A stretch of DNA of 18,831 nucleotides from an uncultured archaeon. Lineage in GTDB: Archaea; Asgardarchaeota; Lokiarchaeia; Sigyniarchaeales; SOKP01. Location of the stretch: assembly GCA_964632315.1 (NCBI GenBank), contig CAZWEM010000063.1, positions 1 through 18,831 on the forward strand, written 5' to 3'. How positions within the stretch are numbered: the first letter of the stretch is position 1; each line of letters starts with the position of its first letter. Below are positions 9,388-16,911 of the stretch, piece by piece. Below the pieces are notes generated by a model. That model did not search any database. It was not told where the DNA came from and saw only the letters and a list, made by a program, of their open reading frames with translations. The position numbers and the translations under genes are program-made.

Positions 9388-9879
9388 TCATAACCCAGAA
9401 AAAGTCCTTAAATCTTTCATCTTACATAACTTTTGTAAGTTCCGCATCATTTCCGTAATCTTTGTTTGAAGAATAACATCCGCAGCTCCACCCAATAAAC
9501 CTAAAAATTCATTACTAAAGGAAAGAACATCAATAAATATCCCTACTTTTGATTTAGATTGGCTTAAAGCTTTTATTCTTAATCGACCTTCCATGTTTTT
9601 TATTTCATTATTATTTCTAATGTTAATCTCAATTAAACGTCCTTTTCCGGCTTGTTCCCCTTTATCTGAGAAAACCATTTCACTTTCCAACTCTATTGGA
9701 ACCTTGATTAGTGAAACTTGATCATAAATTTTGTTATAAAGAACATTAGGTGCGATAAATTTCGCTTCTACCTTTTGAGCAGGAGTAATTTCTTTCCAAA
9801 ACTCAGATTTATAAATAGCTTCAATTAAATCTTCTTTTTTGCAATTTTCGATTTCCAACACTTTAGAAATATTAGTCAT
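9388..9879 (-). CDS. SRPBCC/START-fold (CoxG-like) protein
   Basis: 163 aa. N-terminal strand plus helix 'KEDLIEAIYKSEFWKEITP', multiple strands and a long C-terminal helix fit the helix-grip fold (pattern-based inference). Confidence 0.5.
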   Translation of the reverse strand: MTNISKVLEIENCKKEDLIEAIYKSEFWKEITPAQKVEAKFIAPNVLYNKIYDQVSLIKVPIELESEMVFSDKGEQAGKGRLIEINIRNNNEIKNMEGRLRIKALSQSKSKVGIFIDVLSFSNEFLGLLGGAADVILQTKITEMMRNLQKLCKMKDLRTFSGL

Positions 9880-10001
9880 AATCTCTCTCTTTTCCTTTTG
9901 ATAAATTTAAATAATTCTTATAGCCTCAGACTTCCTTTGATTATTTCATTTTTCGACCAAAAGTCAAATGTTTTTTTTCATCATTGGCTTATAATATTGA
10001 A

Positions 10002-10202
10002 TTAAGTAGCTCTAAATAATCTGCTCTTTTCTAATTTTAATTCTCTCTTACAATGAGGACAAATCCACGTGGTTTCATTTTTTTTAACAGAATTAATACA
10101 ACTACTACATATCGTAATATCACATATGCAATAATAACTAGTTTCAATTGATTTTCCTAAATCTTTTTCACATATATAACAGTTAGGTGGATTCTTAGAC
10201 AT
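10002..10202 (-). CDS. stand-alone C4C4 RING-finger protein (Not4/CNOT4-type spacing)
   Basis: C-x2-C-x13-C-x-C-x4-C-x2-C-x12-C-x2-C; final CPHCK matches the RING CPxC[RK] signature. Confidence 0.75.
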   Translation of the reverse strand: MSKNPPNCYICEKDLGKSIETSYYCICDITICSSCINSVKKNETTWICPHCKRELKLEKSRLFRAT

Positions 10203-10281
10203 CTCAGTAAACCATTAAACTCATTTACAATAATCTATTATAAAGCTTATAATATTAAAAATTATATCTTTTGAGAATAAA

Positions 10282-10470
10282 ATGAGTAAGTATCGATCTA
10301 GAATACAGTTACTTAGTTTATTTTCGATTTTTTTCATTTATAGAGCAATTTCTTCACTTCTCGAAGAGAATACGACCGAATTTTATATATGGTTGCTAAT
10401 TACGATAATCTATTTAGTAACTTTAGCGGTTCTCTATTTCGTGTTAAAAAGATCTTCAAAATATTCATGA
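10282..10470 (+). CDS. small two-TM membrane protein
   Basis: 62 aa with two hydrophobic segments and basic termini; TATA-like sequence upstream. Confidence 0.65.
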   Translation: MSKYRSRIQLLSLFSIFFIYRAISSLLEENTTEFYIWLLITIIYLVTLAVLYFVLKRSSKYS

Positions 10471-10734
10471 TTATTTTCGTCTTTTTAGGAAATCTGGAAT
10501 TACACCATCTATTCCCAACGACTTCATGATTGTATCTTTAATATCCATTTGAATTTTTAAGTTCATTGTTTCTTCAACCATCTTTGAGAGACTAGCAGTG
10601 AGCGATTGAATACTTTCAGAGGTTGTTCCTAAGGACTCCCGAAGTATTTTATTAGTTTCATGAATCTCTTCTGTCATTTTTTCCATGCTTTGTCTCATTG
10701 CTAATAGTTCTTCTCGTAAATCTTTCAATCCCAT
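10471..10734 (-). CDS. small coiled-coil protein
   Basis: 87 aa with heptad-like helical composition; ends in GVIPDFLKRRK; its stop abuts the stop of the convergent gene. Confidence 0.7.
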   Translation of the reverse strand: MGLKDLREELLAMRQSMEKMTEEIHETNKILRESLGTTSESIQSLTASLSKMVEETMNLKIQMDIKDTIMKSLGIDGVIPDFLKRRK

Positions 10735-10891
10735 AGTTTAAACCATAATTTTTATAATTAAGTGAGTGACATTATCTTATTAGAATTTTAAATTTAATTC
10801 ATTTAACAAGATAAGTTATCTAATATAAAAATAAGTCTTAAATTCTTAAATACTCTTTAAAATACTAATATAAGTACATTATGTGAAAAAA

Positions 10892-11044
10892 ATGTCTGAA
10901 TGGAAAAAAAGGATTGAGGCTCATCAAAATGATGAGTGGTGTTCCACTACTGGTTGAGGGATCGCTGACGGTATAGTTTCACTAATTCAATCTATTTTGA
11001 ACAAAAACAAGCAAAAAAAATCAAATAAAAAATCTCAAAGTTAA
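10892..11044 (+). CDS. unannotated small ORF with an in-frame TGA (candidate selenoprotein, 50 aa; 21 aa if TGA terminates)
   Basis: ATG 10892 is preceded by GTGA (SD-like) and AT-rich TATA-like sequence. Translation is MSEWKKRIEAHQNDEWCSTTG[TGA 10955-57]GIADGIVSLIQSILNKNKQKKSNKKSQS, then TAA 11042-44. A hairpin follows immediately. Confidence 0.5.
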
Positions 11045-11102
11045 TCCAAAAATGGTAGGGGTTAATTTTTAAAGTTCTGCCCGAACTGGAGATAATTGTG
11101 CT

Positions 11103-12470
11103 TTATTTTTTTAATTTGAATCCTCCTCCCACTTTACGATAAATAAACCCTGTATGTTCCATTAAGTTAGTATTAAAAATATTGCGACCATCGATCACAA
11201 TGGGAGTTTTCATTAATGATTTCAATTTTTGAAGATCGAGATTATAATATTGCCTGTGATTCGTGGCAAAAATCAATACATCTGCCTGAGAAACAGCTTT
11301 TTCAATATCATCAGTTAAGGTAGTTAGACTAAAATCCTTCTCTTTAACGTAAGGGTCATGAGCATAATAAATGATATTATGAGAATGGTATCGATTCATT
11401 AATATCTTTATTATATTTTCGGTAGGAGTGTTTCGGGTATCGTCGGTATTTGCTTTATATGACACGCCTAATAATGCAATCTTAATATTATCTACAAGTT
11501 TATGAGCTTCCCGAAAAGCATCCTCCATTAATTCTACAACATGTTTTGGCATGAAATCATTCAATTCTCTGGAATCTGGAATTAATTTAATTTTATCTTT
11601 ATTTTCTTTCTTGGTGTATTTATCATGGCCATATAGTAGCAACCATGGATCTTTTGTCAAACAATGCCCTCCCACACCGGAACCGGGGTAATGCATCATC
11701 CTATCATGTCGCATGTTTATAAGTTCAATTACTTCAAAAATATCGCGATCAAAGTCTTCGCATAATAAAGCACATTCATTTGCAAATGCAATATTAACAT
11801 CTCTATAAGCATTTTCCATGCACTTCGTTAATTCTGCTGTTAGAGTATCAGTGACTTTCAGTTCTTTTTTAACTACTTTCCCATATAAAAATTTTGCTTT
11901 CTCGTTAGCTTTCTCGCACCCTCCTCCAATAACTCTAGGAAAGTCAATTATATATTCAAGTAATTTACCGGGCATCACTCTTTCAAATGAAAAAACCAAG
12001 TAAAAATCTTCTCCTCTTTTTAATCCACTTCCTTCCTCTAATATTGGTTGTACAACACGATTAGTTGTTCCAGGAGCTACAGTAGATTCAATAATGACTG
12101 TCACGCCTTTTTTCATGCATTTTGAAATTCTTTCAGAAACTTCTATCAATGATTCATATCTAGGTACTTTGCTCTCCAATTCTACAGGCGTTTGTACGTC
12201 AATTAAAATGAAGTCAGCATCCTTGCACGCATCATAGTTATCGGTAACATGAAATTTTTTATTTTCAACGATACGTGCGATTAAATCATTTAATCCTGGC
12301 TCATCGCCCTCAAAAGGATTTTTTCCATTATTAAGCCAACCGATTTTCCAGCCAGATCTAACAGATCGTCTCTGAATACCAGTCACATGAAAATCATCAA
12401 CATCTGCTAACAAAGCAGCCATCGGAATTCCTACATAGCCCATCCCAATAACGACAACACGTTGCTCCAT
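11103..12470 (-). CDS. UDP-glucose/GDP-mannose dehydrogenase family nucleotide-sugar dehydrogenase (WecC/WbpA-like)
   Basis: VIGMGYVG, VQTP, ESTVAPGTT, ERVMPG, AELTKCMENAYRDVNIAFANE, catalytic GVGGHCL, LLGVSYKANTDDTRNTP, IDGRN. ATG 12470 preferred over TTG 12479. Confidence 0.92.
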   Translation of the reverse strand: MEQRVVVIGMGYVGIPMAALLADVDDFHVTGIQRRSVRSGWKIGWLNNGKNPFEGDEPGLNDLIARIVENKKFHVTDNYDACKDADFILIDVQTPVELESKVPRYESLIEVSERISKCMKKGVTVIIESTVAPGTTNRVVQPILEEGSGLKRGEDFYLVFSFERVMPGKLLEYIIDFPRVIGGGCEKANEKAKFLYGKVVKKELKVTDTLTAELTKCMENAYRDVNIAFANECALLCEDFDRDIFEVIELINMRHDRMMHYPGSGVGGHCLTKDPWLLLYGHDKYTKKENKDKIKLIPDSRELNDFMPKHVVELMEDAFREAHKLVDNIKIALLGVSYKANTDDTRNTPTENIIKILMNRYHSHNIIYYAHDPYVKEKDFSLTTLTDDIEKAVSQADVLIFATNHRQYYNLDLQKLKSLMKTPIVIDGRNIFNTNLMEHTGFIYRKVGGGFKLKK

Positions 12471-12682
12471 CTTTATCAAATAATTTCATTTAATTTAATT
12501 TTTATCCTTATATTATTCCTAATAACGCATTATTCAAAAATCTAAAAGATTATAATTAAAAGAAAAAGAAAAAAATTTTAAGATTTTTTTTTCTGCCTAG
12601 ATGGCTAATATTAGATTTCTTGATATTTATAAATCTAGTTAATAAACGATAAATTCTAATTCAAACCGAGTTTATTGTACCC

Positions 12683-13867
12683 ATGAAATTATTAAGATCT
12701 AGTCTTGGAGACATTGCTCGGATAAGACCAGATACAATGAAGAGACGAAGAATTTCGAGTTATGATCGTACTGGGGGAAACAACGATTGGATTGATATAA
12801 AGCCCCAACAAAACATCATAATTGGAGAATTGGAAGCTTCTGGATGCATAACTCACATTTGGTGCACTATGAGATGTAAATCTAAATATTATTTACGAAA
12901 TATTATTCTGCGAATGTATTGGGATGGAGAAGAAGATCCTAGTGTTGAAACACCAATCGGAGATTTTTTCGGGTTAGGACACGCTAAAAGAAAAAAATTT
13001 GTTTCACTTCCATTTCAGATGACCCCCCGCGGAGGGAGAGGATTTAATTGCTGGTGGCCAATGCCATTTTCCAAAAAGTTCAAAATAACTTTAGTAAATG
13101 AAAATAATAGAAACTTGCAATTTTATTACTATATTGATTATGAAATTTATGAGAATGGCCTTGAAAATGAGGAATCTTACGGTAGATTCCATGCACAGTG
13201 GCGTCGAGAAAATCCAACCAAGCCGAAATTGGTAGACAATGCAACAGGAGAGCGATTTAAAAAACTCAAACCTTTAGCTTTCAATTTTAAAGGTGGAAAA
13301 AATACTAAGCCATTAGAAGAAAATTATCGAATTCTTGAAGCTAAAGGAAAAGGTCATTATGTCGGATGTCATTTAGATATTGATAATATCACTCATCTCC
13401 CACACATTAATTGGCCAGGAGAAGGGGATGACATGATCTTTCTAGATGAAGATGTAGATAAAAGATCACCCACATTATACGGTACAGGAACAGAGGATTA
13501 TGTAAATCAAGCGTATGGACAAGCAGAAAAATTTTGTACTCCCTATTATGGTACGATTTTACCTGGTGGTTTTAATTTTTGGGGCAAAATCTCTTATTAC
13601 CGTTATCATATTGAAGATCCTATTTATTTTAATCAAAAGATAATAGTTACCATAGAACATGGTCATGATAATCATCGTAGCGACGATTGGTCATCAACTG
13701 CATATTGGTATCAAATAGAACCTCATGATCATTCACTTTATCCTATCCTTTTGGATAAAGAAGGAAGAAAACCTAGAAATCACCTTAAACATCTACTTAG
13801 AAAGGGAATATTCTTTTTATCCATGGTCGCTATAGTCTCATTTATCTTTATTTGGATTTTCATCTAA
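12683..13867 (+). CDS. DUF2961 / glycoside hydrolase family 172 protein with a C-terminal TM anchor
   Basis: SSYDRTGGNNDW, GCITHIW, LRMYWDGEEDPSVETPIGDFF, FNCWWPMPF, FHAQWRRE, catalytic-Glu motifs GEGDD and GTGTEDY, YRYHIEDPIYF, IEHGH, DDWSSTAYWYQ. Confidence 0.88.
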   Translation: MKLLRSSLGDIARIRPDTMKRRRISSYDRTGGNNDWIDIKPQQNIIIGELEASGCITHIWCTMRCKSKYYLRNIILRMYWDGEEDPSVETPIGDFFGLGHAKRKKFVSLPFQMTPRGGRGFNCWWPMPFSKKFKITLVNENNRNLQFYYYIDYEIYENGLENEESYGRFHAQWRRENPTKPKLVDNATGERFKKLKPLAFNFKGGKNTKPLEENYRILEAKGKGHYVGCHLDIDNITHLPHINWPGEGDDMIFLDEDVDKRSPTLYGTGTEDYVNQAYGQAEKFCTPYYGTILPGGFNFWGKISYYRYHIEDPIYFNQKIIVTIEHGHDNHRSDDWSSTAYWYQIEPHDHSLYPILLDKEGRKPRNHLKHLLRKGIFFLSMVAIVSFIFIWIFI

Positions 13868-13911
13868 ATTTCAAAAAAGATTTATTGAATTCTTTATTTT
13901 TCATAATACTT

Positions 13912-14919
13912 ATGGCTAATGAAGTTGATTTAGTATCCGTAATAGTCGGTATTATATTAGCACTAATTACTACCACATGTTTTAATCTTGCGTTTGTATA
14001 TCAGAAAAAAGGTTTGAATCAAGCTACACTCAAGGGTATTGAGATTAAATTTGAGGGAGGATTGAAAAAAATATTAAAATCTTTTGGTTGGTTATTTAAA
14101 AATAAAGCGTGGATGATCGGATTTTCTTTAGGAATAATCGGGTGGGTTCCTTACGTGATATCAATAGGTTTAATAGGAATTATTGTGACTGAACCCGTAA
14201 TGGCAACTGGTTTTATTGTATTTGTCGTTGCCGCCATAAAGATTTTAAATGAACGTGTAGGTATTTTAGAATATACTGCAATAGCAATGCTCACGATCTC
14301 TCCAGTTTTATTAGCTCTTGCTGGAATATCTGATGTAGATATTAACTTATTTAATTTTGTTCCTTCTTACATTATATTTTTGGGGATCGTAGTCCCTATA
14401 AGTATAATTTCCTTAATTATTGCTAATAAAGTAAAAAATGAGGGATTAGAAGGATTGCTGACGATGTTTGGGGGGGCAATATTATTTGCACTGGGAGGCG
14501 TAGCCACAAATATATTAGCTCAAGCCCTTATTCAAACTGGTGATGGGTTTCAGTGGTACACAATTTTTACATTGCCATTTGGCATCTTTTGGTTTATCTT
14601 TGGCGGTTCTTATGCTTATCTTTGGGTGTTTCTTGGGTTTTGGTTGATGGGGATTTTTAATATTTCGAGCGTACCTTTTTATCAGGGTGGTTTTCAACGT
14701 GGAAAGCTATTAATAATGTATCCAATTTTGGATACGATAGCACTTCTTTTACCTATTTTTGCGGGCTTATTTGTATTCCAACAAAGTTTCACGAATTACT
14801 TGTTATTCTCTATTGCTTTAGTATTTATTATATTTGCAACGATAATTTTGAGTAAATATCAAATAGCACTTGAAACTGTCGAATATAAGGAAGAATTAAA
14901 ACAAGAGAATGTAGTTTAA
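13912..14919 (+). CDS. DMT superfamily transporter, NIPA/EamA-like
   Basis: About 9-10 TM segments. 'GIILAL...FNLAFVYQKKG...KNKAWMIG...VTEPV...KILNER' parallels the NIPA N-terminal signature. ATG 13912 preferred over the overlapping TTG at 13852. Confidence 0.7.
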   Translation: MANEVDLVSVIVGIILALITTTCFNLAFVYQKKGLNQATLKGIEIKFEGGLKKILKSFGWLFKNKAWMIGFSLGIIGWVPYVISIGLIGIIVTEPVMATGFIVFVVAAIKILNERVGILEYTAIAMLTISPVLLALAGISDVDINLFNFVPSYIIFLGIVVPISIISLIIANKVKNEGLEGLLTMFGGAILFALGGVATNILAQALIQTGDGFQWYTIFTLPFGIFWFIFGGSYAYLWVFLGFWLMGIFNISSVPFYQGGFQRGKLLIMYPILDTIALLLPIFAGLFVFQQSFTNYLLFSIALVFIIFATIILSKYQIALETVEYKEELKQENVV

Positions 14920-15311
14920 TCTTCTTCTGAATCTTTTAATATCTTTTTAACATAGTCTAATAATTCCTTACCAGAAATAGCTTTTGGTAAATAGCCATCA
15001 GCTCCTAATTCTTTAGCTTTTTGAATATCTAATTGGAAATTCTTTACACTAAATAGAACGACTAATATGTCTTTATATTCCTCGTGCTTTTTAATTTCTT
15101 CTAAGACTTCATATCCACTTAGGATTGGCATCATTATGTCTAATAGGACTAAGCTAATCTCATGATGTCGATCTTGTATTACCTGGAGTGCTTCATCTCC
15201 ACTACGACATGAGAGGGTTTCATAATTTTGGAGATGTAAAAATTGTTCTGTGAGGTTTACAATGTCGCTTTCATCATCTACTATGAGGATTTTTGATCTT
15301 GATTGGATCAT
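14916..15311 (-). CDS. single-domain response regulator (CheY-like receiver)
   Basis: ILIVDDE, phosphoacceptor LLDIMMP, SGYEVL, FSVK, GADGYLPK. Its stop overlaps the convergent gene's stop (TTAA, 14916-14919). Confidence 0.92.
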   Translation of the reverse strand: MIQSRSKILIVDDESDIVNLTEQFLHLQNYETLSCRSGDEALQVIQDRHHEISLVLLDIMMPILSGYEVLEEIKKHEEYKDILVVLFSVKNFQLDIQKAKELGADGYLPKAISGKELLDYVKKILKDSEED

Positions 15312-15688
15312 TGGTTATCTATTCTCTCTGTTCTTATTTTTGGTGATTTTCCAGGAATTTCGCTAAGCGAGAAACGAGAAAAAACCAATCATTTAATTTA
15401 AAAGATAGCTATAATATTCATTCTCTCATATAAAAAACTTACCCATTAAGGTCATTGAGAGTACCATTGTAGAGAAAAAGTAAAATTCTTTGGATAAAAT
15501 GATAGTATTGAGAAACCATTGAGGTTAAATGTAACCCTAAGCAAACAAGCCATAAAACTTATCATCTTCAATATCATGTTGATATCCCCTCGACTTGCTT
15601 TGTATGGCTGAATTTCTTAACTTAAAGGAATAACTAAGTGAATAAAGGAGATCATCAATCAGGCTAAAATCTCGTACCTACCTTGATT

Positions 15689-16063
15689 TCATTTCTTTAA
15701 TAAGTCTTTAACATATTCTAAAAGATCACTACCAGAAAATGGTTTAGTTATGTATCCATCTGCACCTGATTCCTTACCTTGTTGAATGTCTTCTTTAAAA
15801 GACTTAACTGTAAAAAGGACAACTTTTATATGTTGATATTCCTCTGCGGACTTAATTTTTAGGAGAACGTCCTTCCCGCTAATGCCGGGCATCATAATAT
15901 CAAGTAAAACTAATGAAATGTCTCGATATCGTTCTTCTAATATTTTTAACGCCTCTTTCCCATTATTGCACGTTATAGTTTCAAATCCTCCTAATTGGAG
16001 AAATTTTTGGGTAAGAGCAACAATGTCTGGCTCATCATCTACGATTAATATAGTTCTAGGCAT
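15689..16063 (-). CDS. single-domain response regulator (CheY-like receiver), paralogue of the adjacent gene
   Basis: ILIVDDE, LLDIMMP, FTVK, GADGYITKPF. Confidence 0.93.
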   Translation of the reverse strand: MPRTILIVDDEPDIVALTQKFLQLGGFETITCNNGKEALKILEERYRDISLVLLDIMMPGISGKDVLLKIKSAEEYQHIKVVLFTVKSFKEDIQQGKESGADGYITKPFSGSDLLEYVKDLLKK

Positions 16064-16242
16064 CTTTAATAATCAAATTTGATCGTTTTGATCACTATTT
16101 ATTATAAAATGAAACTAATATATAAATTATTTAGCAGTCTAACTGACTACCTTCTAATATTAAAGTTTATGATCGGTTTGATATCTAATATATATTCATC
16201 TACTTATATAAATAATCTATTTCTTTAAGTTATTGAGTATCT

Positions 16243-16911
16243 ATGTCAAGAAAATGGTCTTCCCCAAAATTTCCAGACTCTTACGTTGGAAAGAACTCAA
16301 AAGACTATGAAGATTCCATCTGGATGGAACGGAATCAAAAAAAGACTACATTTTCTTGTATCGAATATTTATATGATGAAAATTTGAATAAACTCGGTAA
16401 ATTTGACCATCTTTCAAAAGAACGTTCATTAATTTTGGATATGGGATGTGGTACTGGGTTTTCATCTGAAATCCTCGTTTCTCAAGGATTTAGGGTTGTA
16501 GCTATAGATATCCTCGTAGATATGATATATAAAGCACGAGAAAAAAAGGAGTCCTACAAAGAATATGATTCTATAAGTCTCGTTTTGGCAGATATAAACT
16601 TTTTACCATTCAGGGATGAAATTTATGAAGTGGCAATTTCTGTTTCTGCTTTTAACTTTATTATTCACAATTTACATGAAATGGAAGAGAAAAGGAAAAG
16701 AGTATCTAAAACTGCAAGGAATTTATTTACTATTCTCAAACCTAAGGGAAGGATTGTTATAGAGTTTTATCCCTCTAATCAGAGAGAATTAGAAATGTTC
16801 ACTTCATCATTTACAAAAAATGGATTTAATGGATTCTTAATCAAAAAAAGAGAAATTCAGCAATCTGGTCAAACATTCTTACTCTTAAAGAAGGTAGGTG
16901 GATCTAAATAA
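16243..16911 (+). CDS. class I SAM-dependent methyltransferase, Bud23/WBSCR22-like
   Basis: Motif I ILDMGCGTG; AID; LADINFLPFR; AISVSA; LKPKGRIVIEFYP; GFNG. Confidence 0.8.
   Translation: MSRKWSSPKFPDSYVGKNSKDYEDSIWMERNQKKTTFSCIEYLYDENLNKLGKFDHLSKERSLILDMGCGTGFSSEILVSQGFRVVAIDILVDMIYKAREKKESYKEYDSISLVLADINFLPFRDEIYEVAISVSAFNFIIHNLHEMEEKRKRVSKTARNLFTILKPKGRIVIEFYPSNQRELEMFTSSFTKNGFNGFLIKKREIQQSGQTFLLLKKVGGSK

Noticed and set aside
11818-12003. 61-aa + strand ORF
   Set aside because: Antisense to the nucleotide-sugar dehydrogenase.
13852-13911. TTG-started N-terminal extension of the DMT transporter
   Set aside because: Overlaps the GH172 gene end and reads like intergenic sequence; ATG 13912 is more plausible.
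14515-14697. 60-aa basic minus-strand ORF
   Set aside because: Lys-rich mirror of T-rich TM codons on the opposite strand.
15312-15392. TAG read-through (pyrrolysine) extension of the response regulator from the in-frame ATG at 15392
   Set aside because: A second in-frame stop (TAA) lies just before the regulator's ATG, so read-through cannot fuse them.
15545-15612. Possible structured RNA in the spacer between receivers (AGCCATA/TATGGCT pairing)
   Set aside because: Only a 7-bp long-range match with a weak interior; not distinguishable from chance by eye.
15882-16082. 66-aa + strand ORF
   Set aside because: Antisense to the response regulator.
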